DNA of 14,785 nt, from UHGV virus genome UHGV-1885740, one strand, 5' to 3'. The translations under genes and the position numbers were made by a program. Every line of letters starts with the position of its first letter. The stretch's first letter is position 1. This DNA is from a virus. Shown piece after piece: positions 1 through 6,780 of the stretch. The notes under the pieces are model-generated. The model saw nothing but the letters and a program-made list of their open reading frames with translations, was not told the DNA's origin and did not search any database.

Positions 1-216
1 AGTGCAGCAGGCCAGGCGCATGACCACAACAACGGGAGCACTAATATTGATCCATCTTACGTAATGAAACGGATCCGGACTTGCAAGAATAAAGAGCAGG
101 TGTATAACGTCATAGATTGGCTGGACTCCCTGGGTGATGTGGTTTACAATAGGTTTTCTGCAGCTATTGAAATTCAGTTAGACAGGTTGGACGGGAAAGT
201 ACTGAAAACTTACTGA
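1..216 (+). CDS. hypothetical protein, 3' end only (gene begins upstream of window)
   Basis: Frame 1 is open from position 1 to TGA at 214-216 (71 codons, no internal stop); the 45-bp repeat element starts 2 nt after the stop. Confidence 0.45.
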   Translation, partial: SAAGQAHDHNNGSTNIDPSYVMKRIRTCKNKEQVYNVIDWLDSLGDVVYNRFSAAIEIQLDRLDGKVLKTY

Positions 217-217
217 G

Positions 218-262
218 TTTATTTTTAGATGGCCTTGACTCCAGGGCCATCAATAAAGTAAA
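218..262 (+). repeat. 45-bp direct repeat, copy 1 (promoter-like; TTGACT 235-240, TAAACT 259-264; internal hairpin GATGGCC/GGCCATC 228-251)
   Basis: Identical 45-mer tttatttttagatggccttgactccagggccatcaataaagtaaa recurs at 3953-3997; both copies start 2-3 nt after a stop codon and lie about 45 nt upstream of the next ATG. Confidence 0.8.
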
Positions 263-305
263 CTTTATACTGTTAACACTGAACTAATGCATAGGAGTTA
301 AAACC

Positions 306-551
306 ATGGCAGCACTAATCACCAAATATTATGCCCCTACCAACACCAAAAGCGCCCGTATCATGGTAAAAGGCTTCGGACGTAAAAAGGTGTACACCTG
401 GGATTATTCCCTAGACATGGAAGACAACTACACCAACGCAATGACCGATTTTATTAATGAACTAAATAAGCAGATCTTGACAAATTATAAAATTACCGAT
501 ATTGCCTATATAGGGGAAGGCGGGATCTGTTTTGTCGGTATCGTCAAATAA
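306..551 (+). CDS. hypothetical protein (81 aa)
   Basis: ATG start with AGGAG (293-297) 8 nt upstream; ORF-track frame; downstream of repeat copy 1. Confidence 0.7.
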   Translation: MAALITKYYAPTNTKSARIMVKGFGRKKVYTWDYSLDMEDNYTNAMTDFINELNKQILTNYKITDIAYIGEGGICFVGIVK

Positions 552-626
552 GCTGTTTTTTCGGTGGTCCTGGTAGCAGGGCCATCTATAAAGATAGTTT
601 ATCAACACAATGAAAGGAGAAAGTAC

Positions 627-980
627 ATGATCAGCGGGGCAAGTTTTATTATTGGCGCTATTGCTACGGCTTTAATTGTAAACAAGATCCAATCTAAAAA
701 CGAAAAAGAGAGCAACGCGCTCACAGAATACCCATTTTGGGTATTCAACGACAAGGAAGACTACATTATCAAGTACAAGAATGAGAAGGGCGACCAGGTA
801 ACACCGCGACCGATCCCGGCTTACAAGATGCAAGAAACACTATACCGCCTAAAGGCTGGAGGCGCAAAAATCGTAGACTTTTGGGGATATGATTGCAAGG
901 ATCAGGAGGTTATAAAACGGCGTATCCGGGCGATTCAGACAAATATTGAGATCAGTAAGGGGGAAAGTTATGAAAATTAA
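627..980 (+). CDS. hypothetical membrane protein (117 aa, N-terminal hydrophobic helix ISGASFIIGAIATALIV)
   Basis: ORF-track frame 564-980 begins at GTG; the internal ATG at 627 has AGGAG (615-619) 7 nt upstream, so the start was moved there. Confidence 0.65.
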   Translation: MISGASFIIGAIATALIVNKIQSKNEKESNALTEYPFWVFNDKEDYIIKYKNEKGDQVTPRPIPAYKMQETLYRLKAGGAKIVDFWGYDCKDQEVIKRRIRAIQTNIEISKGESYEN

Positions 981-1167
981 TTTCGAAAAAATTGTAAAGC
1001 GATCTCATGATTCCGAAGAGTTGCCGGAACGCCGCCAGCGCAACAATAAACTGAATAAGCCAAAAAGATTTGGGAAGATCTGGCGGAATCATTATGATCG
1101 TAAATTACCTGGCCTGCTTTTGGAACGTGAACGACAGGCGGAACGGTACCGCCATAAAGACAAATAA
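970..1167 (+). CDS. hypothetical basic protein (65 aa)
   Basis: ORF-track frame 946-1167 begins at TTG; ATG at 970 follows AAGGGGGA (956-963); overlaps the stop of the upstream gene; followed by a terminator. Confidence 0.55.
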   Translation: MKINFEKIVKRSHDSEELPERRQRNNKLNKPKRFGKIWRNHYDRKLPGLLLERERQAERYRHKDK

Positions 1168-1175
1168 CAACCAAC

Positions 1176-1204
1176 GCCCCGCCATTGTGCGGGGCTTTTT
1201 ATTT
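1176..1204 (+). terminator. intrinsic terminator
   Basis: Stem GCCCCGC/GCGGGGC with loop CATTGT followed by TTTTTATTT, 9 nt after the stop at 1167. Confidence 0.8.
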
Positions 1205-1337
1205 CTATCCTACGAATAGCGCCCCTGGTTGGCCCCACAAACGCCACAAAAGCCCCTACCTATGCAATCCCCTTTATTGACCTGAAAACATCACCCAGGG
1301 CCGTTTTATGGTGTTAAAAATATCTTTTATTTAAAGC

Positions 1338-1366
1338 TTGACACCTTGGAATCGCCTGGATATACT
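1338..1366 (+). promoter_or_regulatory. sigma70-like promoter (TTGACA-17-TATACT)
   Basis: TTGACA 1338-1343, 17-nt spacer, TATACT 1361-1366, AT-rich upstream; precedes the Shine-Dalgarno site and ATG at 1402. Confidence 0.75.
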
Positions 1367-1401
1367 AACCACATCAAAGCAAGAAGGAAGGAGTAAACGC
1401 C

Positions 1402-1752
1402 ATGCGTAAATTAAAAAATTTTGATAAAGTCGATGTTGTCCTGAATAATTTTTACTACTGCAATAATAAGGCCGTTTGGTGGCGTGATAGTTCCACCGAT
1501 AAAGTTAAAGCTCGCTTTCTCCAAGGGCACTGGCAAGGCCGTCCAGTGATTAAAATCCTGGGGCAATTGGTAGCGTTTAAAAATTGCCGCCGTGTTGATG
1601 ACGTTGAAGAGATTCTAAACATTTTACGCCACAATAATTTAAAAAAAATAGTGTTGACAAGTAAGTCTCAACAAGTATACTTAAGCACACAGGCGGGAAA
1701 ACTTCCAGCCACTAACAAAGAAAATAGGAGAAAATATCATGACCACCGTTAA
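1402..1752 (+). CDS. hypothetical protein (116 aa)
   Basis: ATG with AAGGAAGGAG upstream; ORF track; 3' end overlaps the next gene start by 14 nt. Confidence 0.7.
   Translation: MRKLKNFDKVDVVLNNFYYCNNKAVWWRDSSTDKVKARFLQGHWQGRPVIKILGQLVAFKNCRRVDDVEEILNILRHNNLKKIVLTSKSQQVYLSTQAGKLPATNKENRRKYHDHR
1654..1681 (+). promoter_or_regulatory. sigma70-like promoter (TTGACA-16-TATACT) with A-tract upstream
   Basis: TTGACA 1654-1659 and TATACT 1676-1681, preceded by AATAATTTAAAAAAAATA; lies inside the 3' end of CDS 1402-1752. Confidence 0.7.
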
Positions 1753-2362
1753 CATTACTACAGGTTACAATTTATCTTTCGACGTGCTGACCGACGAACA
1801 AAAAGAAAAAGCTGTTGAAATGGTCCGCGAAAGAGAAGAACACAGCGGGGATAACTTTTTTGCAGAAAGTGTAATTGAATACTATAAAGAATATGTTTTT
1901 CCAGAGTACGGGCTTGAAGATACCAAGGTACAGTGGTCCGGCTTTTGGTGTCAAGGCGACGGCGCATCAATTAGCGCTGAAAATGTAAACTTAGAAAAAT
2001 TCTTGCGTAAGGTTAAAGCGCTTACAAAATTTCGCTCAATTAGACACTTGTTCGGCACAATGCACGATGGCGAACTATCAGCCAGCGTTGAACGTATCCC
2101 GTTTAGCCATTATCATCACGAAAACACAATAGGCGGGTGCATCGATACCAACTGGCTAGACCTGACCACCAAGCAAGAGGATAAAGTTGAAGAGCTGGAA
2201 GAGCTGATCACCGAGACGGTACGGGAGCTATCCCGCAAGGTTTACGTAGACCTGGAGCAGGCCTATCTTGAACAATTCACTACCGAAAACCTGATCGGCC
2301 TTATCGAGGCCAATGATTGGCGGTTTGATGTGGATGAGTATGGCGAGATGACTTTTTCATAA
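1739..2362 (+). CDS. hypothetical acidic protein (207 aa; largest gene in the window)
   Basis: ATG with TAGGAG (1725-1730) 8 nt upstream; ORF track; E/D-rich C-terminal half; no family recognised by eye. Confidence 0.8.
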   Translation: MTTVNITTGYNLSFDVLTDEQKEKAVEMVREREEHSGDNFFAESVIEYYKEYVFPEYGLEDTKVQWSGFWCQGDGASISAENVNLEKFLRKVKALTKFRSIRHLFGTMHDGELSASVERIPFSHYHHENTIGGCIDTNWLDLTTKQEDKVEELEELITETVRELSRKVYVDLEQAYLEQFTTENLIGLIEANDWRFDVDEYGEMTFS

Positions 2363-2370
2363 ATAAAGTG

Positions 2371-2398
2371 TTGCAATAACCTAAAAACCTGCTATATT
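2371..2398 (+). promoter_or_regulatory. sigma70-like promoter (TTGCAA-16-TATATT)
   Basis: TTGCAA 2371-2376, TATATT 2393-2398; followed by a GC hairpin at 2408-2426, then AAGAGG and ATG at 2452. Confidence 0.65.
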
Positions 2399-2451
2399 AA
2401 AACTCAAGGGGCAAGACGTTTGCCCCCACACAAAACAAAGAGGAAAACATC

Positions 2452-2832
2452 ATGAAAAACACTACTAAAGCTATTGACACCGTTATGTTTAACCTGGTTA
2501 CCTTTCGCGAGGATATGAAAGATCTTCCACGTGAAACAGTGTGCGATCACATTGAAAACTATCGCAAACTAATCAAAGAGTTGCCTTTAAAACGTGACCA
2601 GTATGCGGCTAACGCCATGCTTAATGCCATGATCAAAAAGATGATTCAGTGTGATTTAACTCTGGCCTATGACTATGCGGGTGGTCGTTTTGCAGTATAC
2701 AATCAGCCCGTGCCCGGTATGGGCACCACCGAAGAATTGCACGCGCTCAATCTAAAACAAGACGTATGGGATAACATGCCCCGCGTGGTGGTGTGGGCAG
2801 AAAGCGGAAAGATTTACGGCGATAATTTTTAA
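2452..2832 (+). CDS. hypothetical protein (126 aa)
   Basis: ATG with AAAGAGG 2437-2443; ORF track. Confidence 0.8.
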   Translation: MKNTTKAIDTVMFNLVTFREDMKDLPRETVCDHIENYRKLIKELPLKRDQYAANAMLNAMIKKMIQCDLTLAYDYAGGRFAVYNQPVPGMGTTEELHALNLKQDVWDNMPRVVVWAESGKIYGDNF

Positions 2833-2841
2833 TCAGGTAAC

Positions 2842-2867
2842 AGGCGGCATATTTGCCGCCTTATTGT
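2842..2867 (+). terminator. probable intrinsic terminator (weak U-tract)
   Basis: Stem AGGCGGC/GCCGCCT with loop ATATTT followed by TATTGTT; 10 nt after the stop at 2832. Confidence 0.5.
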
Positions 2868-2896
2868 TAAACAGAACTGCAAAAGAGGTACATAGA

Positions 2897-3268
2897 ATGG
2901 AATTTATTATTTTGGCTGTAGTAGTTGCCTTGTTCAACGCCTGGATCGCTGGCAAGATGGGTAGATCCGCCTTTTTATGGTTTATTATATCTATTTTCCT
3001 GGGGGTGGTTGCAACTATTGTACTTGTTATCCTTGCAATTGTTGACAAGGGGAATAATAGAAAGGGTAAAGTATTTTCAGACCTGTACGACGCTCAAACG
3101 TTTGTCAACGCCTATTATAGTGATCTTCCAGTCTCCCTACGCTGCAGCCTGGCACAACAAGTTTTCGATGAGGCTAAAACCAGAGATCAAGCCCATGAGA
3201 TATGTTTAACTGAGGCGGATCGCCTATTTGAGAGGAATAGAAAATATGTGGGCCAACCGTTTAAATAA
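2897..3268 (+). CDS. hypothetical membrane protein (123 aa, two N-terminal transmembrane helices)
   Basis: ORF-track frame 2864-3268 begins at TTG; ATG at 2897 has AAGAGG (2883-2888) 8 nt upstream; helices IILAVVVALFNAWIA and FLWFIISIFLGVVATIVLVILAIV. Confidence 0.7.
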   Translation: MEFIILAVVVALFNAWIAGKMGRSAFLWFIISIFLGVVATIVLVILAIVDKGNNRKGKVFSDLYDAQTFVNAYYSDLPVSLRCSLAQQVFDEAKTRDQAHEICLTEADRLFERNRKYVGQPFK

Positions 3269-3491
3269 TGCCACGTTAATTAATCCCTTTAGTGAAGATT
3301 TGAAGCCAGCCGCCTGGCGTGATGGATTCAATAACGAACGCTTTATTTTCAAGCCTGATCTTGAGGAATTTTATAACAATGGATCGAACAACAGCGGAGA
3401 TAATTTTTCTTGGGATGTGCGTGGTGATGGTACTCCTGGGGGCCATTGTAGATCGCGTCACTACTACCAGAAGGAAAGGGGGAGACGATGA
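3246..3491 (+). CDS. hypothetical protein (81 aa)
   Basis: ORF-track frame 3228-3491 begins at TTG; ATG at 3246 follows GAGAGGAA; its stop overlaps the next ATG as ATGA (3488-3491). Confidence 0.5.
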   Translation: MWANRLNNATLINPFSEDLKPAAWRDGFNNERFIFKPDLEEFYNNGSNNSGDNFSWDVRGDGTPGGHCRSRHYYQKERGRR

Positions 3492-3607
3492 CAACCAAGG
3501 ATAAGCCATGCACCGATAAGGTGCGCCGCGTTATGGTATGGCTTGAGATTATCGCCCTTGAAATATTGCTAGGCGTAGGGATGTACTTTATCGCTGTAAG
3601 TAACTAA
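3488..3607 (+). CDS. small membrane peptide (39 aa, MTTKDKPCTDKVRRVMVWLEIIALEILLGVGMYFIAVSN)
   Basis: Below the ORF-track size cutoff; ATG preceded by purine-rich AAGGAAAGGGGGAG; ATGA overlap with the upstream stop; terminator follows 5 nt after its stop. Confidence 0.45.
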   Translation: MTTKDKPCTDKVRRVMVWLEIIALEILLGVGMYFIAVSN

Positions 3608-3611
3608 GAAC

Positions 3612-3640
3612 GGCCCCCGATCATGGGGGCCTATCTTTTA
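3612..3640 (+). terminator. intrinsic terminator (A11 run follows, possibly bidirectional)
   Basis: Stem GGCCCCC/GGGGGCC with loop GATCAT, then TATCTTTT and AAAAAAAAAAA (3640-3651). Confidence 0.75.
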
Positions 3641-3665
3641 AAAAAAAAAAATTACTTCCGGGGTG

Positions 3666-3694
3666 TTGCAATCCGGTCCGGAATGTGGATAATA
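3666..3694 (+). promoter_or_regulatory. sigma70-like promoter (TTGCAA-17-ATAATA)
   Basis: TTGCAA 3666-3671, ATAATA 3689-3694; 5' hairpin GGGGA/TCCCC at 3704-3718; AAAGGAG before ATG at 3750. Confidence 0.7.
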
Positions 3695-3749
3695 ACAATC
3701 AACGGGGAGCTAATCCCCACCACCACAAAAACCAGAAAGGAGAAACAAA

Positions 3750-3950
3750 ATGAGCAACAATATCCGCGTTATTAACTTCAAAAAAGAAGAAAAAATTGCC
3801 GTGCTGATTGACGGTCAAGAAATCTTCAAGGGCGACTATGAAGATCATCAAACGGCGATTAGTATCACTCGCGTGATTGGTTACCATAATTTTTACCCTC
3901 AAGGCGCTGAGGCAGCAGTAAAACGAATTAAGGAGATTGTAGGCCTGTAA
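3750..3950 (+). CDS. hypothetical protein (66 aa)
   Basis: ATG with AAAGGAG 3736-3742; ORF track. Confidence 0.75.
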   Translation: MSNNIRVINFKKEEKIAVLIDGQEIFKGDYEDHQTAISITRVIGYHNFYPQGAEAAVKRIKEIVGL

Positions 3951-3952
3951 AA

Positions 3953-3997
3953 TTTATTTTTAGATGGCCTTGACTCCAGGGCCATCAATAAAGTAAA
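3953..3997 (+). repeat. 45-bp direct repeat, copy 2 (promoter-like; TTGACT 3970-3975)
   Basis: Identical to 218-262; starts 3 nt after the stop at 3950; upstream of CDS 4042-4341. Confidence 0.8.
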
Positions 3998-4041
3998 TTT
4001 AAACCCTGTTAAAATAATCAGTGCAAAAAGGAGTAATGATC

Positions 4042-4341
4042 ATGTTTATCCAGGCTAATAATCTTTATTTCTTTGATGGTCAGATCGTAGACGGCGTGGA
4101 GGTGGAAATCACCGGGTGCCCTGGCGGTCAGGTTATGACTTTTCGGAATAATGCCTTTGATGATTCTCATATCGTTATGAGAATGGAAGTTAGTAAGCTG
4201 GATGACAAGAAAACACTTATCGACTATTCCGTCAAAGATCATCCAGACTACCACATGATCTATGGTGATTTGTGCATTGTTGACCGTGACAAGGTGGGCG
4301 GCATTGTGATCGCTATTGTGAACGATGTTTTCTCAAACTAA
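4042..4341 (+). CDS. hypothetical protein (99 aa)
   Basis: ORF-track frame 4021-4341 begins at GTG; AGGAG 4029-4033 gives an 8-nt spacing to the ATG at 4042 (the ATG at 4036 is only 2 nt away). Confidence 0.7.
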   Translation: MFIQANNLYFFDGQIVDGVEVEITGCPGGQVMTFRNNAFDDSHIVMRMEVSKLDDKKTLIDYSVKDHPDYHMIYGDLCIVDRDKVGGIVIAIVNDVFSN

Positions 4342-4358
4342 TTTCAGCAGGTGATTTT

Positions 4359-4439
4359 ATGAAAGTAAAACTATATTACCTTAATGAGCTTAACCCCCTT
4401 GCCCAGGTCCGCGCCCTGGCAGGGCCTGCAGCGATATAA
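4359..4439 (+). CDS. possible short ORF (26 aa, MKVKLYYLNELNPLAQVRALAGPAAI)
   Basis: ATG 5 nt after AGGTGA; ends 6 nt before a strong terminator; contains a CAGGGCC palindrome; could be a leader peptide or non-coding. Confidence 0.25.
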   Translation: MKVKLYYLNELNPLAQVRALAGPAAI

Positions 4440-4445
4440 TCACAT

Positions 4446-4479
4446 AAAGGCTATGCGGTTGCATAGCCTTTATTATTTT
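4446..4479 (+). terminator. intrinsic terminator
   Basis: 11-bp stem AAAGGCTATGC/GCATAGCCTTT with loop GGTT, followed by ATTATTTT. Confidence 0.8.
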
Positions 4480-4526
4480 AGCGTTACAGCGGCCCCAAGG
4501 CGCTTAAAAAATTTTTAAAGAAGTAC

Positions 4527-4555
4527 TTGCATCAAGTCCTACAATATGGATAATA
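4527..4555 (+). promoter_or_regulatory. sigma70-like promoter (TTGCAT-17-ATAATA) with AT-rich upstream element
   Basis: TTGCAT 4527-4532, ATAATA 4550-4555, upstream AAAAAATTTTTAAAG; 5' GC hairpin at 4566-4579; TAGGAG before ATG at 4612. Confidence 0.7.
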
Positions 4556-4611
4556 GGACGTGTCAGGGGGGCGGCCCCCAATCATTAACCGGATAGATAG
4601 GAGTTAAAATC

Positions 4612-4896
4612 ATGGCTATTGTCACCGTTGGCGATGTAGTGGAAATGGAAGCAAAATACTTAAAAGCGGGTATGCATATCCTACGGAATGATCAAGAATT
4701 GTTATTAACGATGGTAGACTATAATCCCGGCCAGGATTATCCAAGCATCGACTACTTTTTTGAGTATGTTGATGAAGAATTGAAAGAGGATGAGGCTTAT
4801 CAGGGTGAATTCTGCAATTTCTTTTGCCCTGATGAGGTTGTAAAAGTTATCTATCAACCTGGCGTACCTTTCCCGCTGCACGCTATCAATAAATAA
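4612..4896 (+). CDS. hypothetical acidic protein (94 aa)
   Basis: ATG with TAGGAG 4598-4603; ORF track. Confidence 0.8.
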   Translation: MAIVTVGDVVEMEAKYLKAGMHILRNDQELLLTMVDYNPGQDYPSIDYFFEYVDEELKEDEAYQGEFCNFFCPDEVVKVIYQPGVPFPLHAINK

Positions 4897-4950
4897 ACCT
4901 GGCGGGGCCGAAAAGGCCCCAATTATGAAAATAAAGAGAGGTAAATCATC

Positions 4951-5184
4951 ATGATGGAACAAATTAAACGCGCTGAGGCTATTAATGGCAATGTGATCTA
5001 TTTTGTCAGCAAAAACGAAAAAGGCGTACCATATGCGGCGGTAATAGTACAACCTGACGGCGATTATTGGTTTACTGTATACGGATCTTATTCTTTTGGG
5101 CGTCCAGTGCATGATAAAATTTTGAAAGTAGCGAACCCTACCGGGAAAAATATCACAGCAGAAAAATTTTTTGAAAATAGTTGA
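4951..5184 (+). CDS. hypothetical protein (77 aa)
   Basis: ATG with AGAGAGG upstream; ORF track; its TGA stop (5182-5184) sits inside the -35 hexamer of the next promoter. Confidence 0.75.
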   Translation: MMEQIKRAEAINGNVIYFVSKNEKGVPYAAVIVQPDGDYWFTVYGSYSFGRPVHDKILKVANPTGKNITAEKFFENS

Positions 5185-5209
5185 CATGACCATATAAGAC
5201 TGTAGTATA
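5181..5209 (+). promoter_or_regulatory. sigma70-like promoter (TTGACA, -10 TAGTAT/AGTATA)
   Basis: TTGACA 5181-5186, -10 around 5203-5209; 5' hairpin GGGGC/GCCCC at 5220-5234; AAGAGG before ATG at 5261. Confidence 0.65.
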
Positions 5210-5260
5210 TAAATCAAAGGGGGCAACAAGCCCCACCAACCACAAAGAGGATAAAAAATC

Positions 5261-5440
5261 ATGGCTATTATTGCAAAGACTGAGATCGTAGGCTTAGATT
5301 CTATTCTTCTCGCATATGAGGAAGCTATAGAAATGTATGTGGTTTCCTATGGTGAATATATCCGTGAATATAAATCTATTGATCTAGCTTTTGAATGTTA
5401 TATTCGCCAGGTCAATAAAGCATATGATGATTATCGTTAA
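5261..5440 (+). CDS. hypothetical protein (59 aa)
   Basis: Below the ORF-track cutoff; ATG with AAAGAGG 8 nt upstream; own promoter and 5' hairpin; ordinary codon usage. Confidence 0.65.
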   Translation: MAIIAKTEIVGLDSILLAYEEAIEMYVVSYGEYIREYKSIDLAFECYIRQVNKAYDDYR

Positions 5441-5446
5441 AATAGT

Positions 5447-5474
5447 TTGACAACAGTCAACAATCTGGTAAAGT
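5447..5474 (+). promoter_or_regulatory. sigma70-like promoter (TTGACA-16-TAAAGT)
   Basis: TTGACA 5447-5452; -10 TAAAGT 5469-5474; 5' hairpin GCGGGAA/TTCCCGC at 5487-5503; GAGGG before ATG at 5523. Confidence 0.6.
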
Positions 5475-5522
5475 GTACTACATAGCGCGGGAATACTTCC
5501 CGCCATTAATGAGGGTAGAATC

Positions 5523-5627
5523 ATGTTAGATAAAATTTTCACGGTTGTAGTAGTTGGCCTGGCATTATCGGTTGGAGTGGTTGCAACTATGGCTAACATG
5601 ATCCTATCTTCCCATGGTATCGGTTAA
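5523..5627 (+). CDS. small hydrophobic peptide (34 aa, MLDKIFTVVVVGLALSVGVVATMANMILSSHGIG)
   Basis: Not in the ORF track (too short); has its own promoter, 5' hairpin and GAGGG 7 nt upstream; a single predicted transmembrane helix. Confidence 0.5.
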   Translation: MLDKIFTVVVVGLALSVGVVATMANMILSSHGIG

Positions 5628-5637
5628 GGTGAATCAA

Positions 5638-5853
5638 ATGATCACGAATAAGACAGGTAAAACGGAATTCTTGCGAGGCTTGCAGATCGGCAAGCCAGAG
5701 ATCTGGCATTGCACTAAAACACCACGTGACGAAATGAAAGACTTCACCGCCACGCTGCAACGGGTAAAGATATCCATCACGCAGAAAAAGGCCTTGATAG
5801 TGGTGGAAGGTGAGATCCCGCAAACCGTTGTTATAGTTGAGCGTACAGCATAG
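5638..5853 (+). CDS. hypothetical protein (71 aa)
   Basis: ORF-track frame 5614-5853; ATG at 5638 is 5 nt after AAGGTGA (5626-5632), whereas the ATG at 5614 has no Shine-Dalgarno site. Confidence 0.6.
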   Translation: MITNKTGKTEFLRGLQIGKPEIWHCTKTPRDEMKDFTATLQRVKISITQKKALIVVEGEIPQTVVIVERTA

Positions 5854-5944
5854 TTTAATTTATAGCGATACCTGAAAATTAACCAATAAATCATAAACAG
5901 GCGGTTACCGCCGCCTTAAACGTAGCAGAAAGAGGCTAGACACA

Positions 5945-6229
5945 ATGAAAAAGATGATCGCAGTAGTTGCCCTGGTTGTTGGACTTAATGCGCCTGTAAT
6001 GGCTAAAGAGCTGGCAAAAGAGGTTAATCTAACGGATATCCATGCCGTCAATCAAATCGGGGTTACTTATCGCTTATGCCTTGCCGCTAAAACTTTTAAT
6101 GACGGCACAACAGAGTACTACGGATTCGAGGGTATCCGGTGCGGTGAGCTTGCTCGCGACCTTAAGGAAGATCCAGACCTGGAAGATCTGCCCATCACCG
6201 TAAACGGTAAAGCTTACGTAAACCGTTAA
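5945..6229 (+). CDS. hypothetical secreted/periplasmic protein (94 aa, N-terminal signal peptide)
   Basis: MKKMIAVVALVVGLNAPVMA followed by KE looks like a Sec signal peptide with an AxA-type cleavage site; no lipobox cysteine; AAAGAGG upstream. Confidence 0.75.
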   Translation: MKKMIAVVALVVGLNAPVMAKELAKEVNLTDIHAVNQIGVTYRLCLAAKTFNDGTTEYYGFEGIRCGELARDLKEDPDLEDLPITVNGKAYVNR

Positions 6230-6231
6230 CC

Positions 6232-6366
6232 ATGAGAAAGATAATCATCACCTTGGGGATTGTGGCTGGATCGCTGGCGCTCTTTCCCCTTATGGTTAGG
6301 TATGTGCTAATCAGTATTGTCCTGGTAGTCAGTGATCTATTGGGAACGGTTGGCACCTTGTTTTAA
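6232..6366 (+). CDS. small membrane protein (44 aa, two hydrophobic segments)
   Basis: ATG 2 nt after the upstream stop, no obvious Shine-Dalgarno site (coupling assumed); MRKIIITLGIVAGSLALFPLMVRYVLISIVLVVSDLLGTVGTLF. Confidence 0.4.
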   Translation: MRKIIITLGIVAGSLALFPLMVRYVLISIVLVVSDLLGTVGTLF

Positions 6367-6377
6367 AGAGCGATAAA

Positions 6378-6569
6378 ATGAATATCGAACAAGTTAGAAA
6401 GGTATTGGCGGTACTGCGTTATCATAATCATAGAAAGGTTATAGACGATCCTGATTATGTTGATTCAAGTCTGGAAGGGGATACACTGCAAGCCATAAGC
6501 AACATGCAAGAATTGCTCAAGCGCATGACAGAGAAAAACCGACCGGACTACATAGGCGAAAAAATATAA
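6378..6569 (+). CDS. hypothetical protein (63 aa)
   Basis: ATG with AAAGAG upstream; ORF track; terminator 17 nt downstream. Confidence 0.65.
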   Translation: MNIEQVRKVLAVLRYHNHRKVIDDPDYVDSSLEGDTLQAISNMQELLKRMTEKNRPDYIGEKI

Positions 6570-6585
6570 TCCTTATAAACTACAA

Positions 6586-6614
6586 AACAGGGCTTGCAAT
6601 GGTCCTGTTTTTTG
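6586..6614 (+). terminator. intrinsic terminator
   Basis: Stem AACAGGG/TCCTGTT with loop CTTGCAATGG followed by a T6 run. Confidence 0.7.
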
Positions 6615-6697
6615 TTATACTTGTTTCACGGCAGGCACCTGGCGACGGGTGGAGACAATCACCGGGCCTGCCTGTCATATAAGAACTATAAAAACCG

Positions 6698-6726
6698 TTG
6701 ACATCTGCCATGGGGTGGGGTAACAT
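6698..6726 (+). promoter_or_regulatory. sigma70-like promoter (TTGACA-17-TAACAT)
   Basis: TTGACA 6698-6703, TAACAT 6721-6726; 5' hairpin GGGCA/TGCCC at 6738-6751; CAGGAGAGAGG before ATG at 6781. Confidence 0.7.
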
Positions 6727-6780
6727 TTATCTTGAAGGGGCAAAAGTGCCCACACAATAACCAGGAGAGAGGAAAACACT

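Noticed and set aside
218-262. The 45-bp repeat as an intrinsic terminator
   Set aside because: The GATGGCC/GGCCATC stem is followed by AATAAAGTAAA on the plus strand and by an A-rich sequence on the minus strand, so there is no U-tract in either orientation; a promoter or operator role fits better.
1739-2362. Possible anti-restriction (ArdA-like) identity for the 207-aa acidic protein
   Set aside because: The idea rests only on size, acidity and position in an early module; no motif could be matched from memory, so no family name is asserted.
3319-3504. 61-aa plus-strand ORF (GTG start) overlapping CDS 3246-3491
   Set aside because: The competing frame is linked by an ATGA overlap to the next gene; however an internal ATG at 3379 would give a plausible 41-aa transmembrane peptide, so this is rejected only provisionally (see the membrane cluster finding).
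3684-3692. Perfect DnaA-box sequence (TGTGGATAA, reverse complement TTATCCACA) plus a near copy at about 4544-4552
   Set aside because: Both lie in the spacer and -10 region of sigma70-like promoters (GGATAATA), and no cluster of boxes was found in the non-coding zone; most simply explained as promoter sequence.
4705-5262. 185-aa minus-strand ORF from the track
   Set aside because: It lies antisense to two well-supported plus-strand genes (each with a Shine-Dalgarno site, one with its own promoter) and a terminator, has no ribosome-binding site, and has an odd W/P/Y-rich composition; judged a spurious antisense frame.
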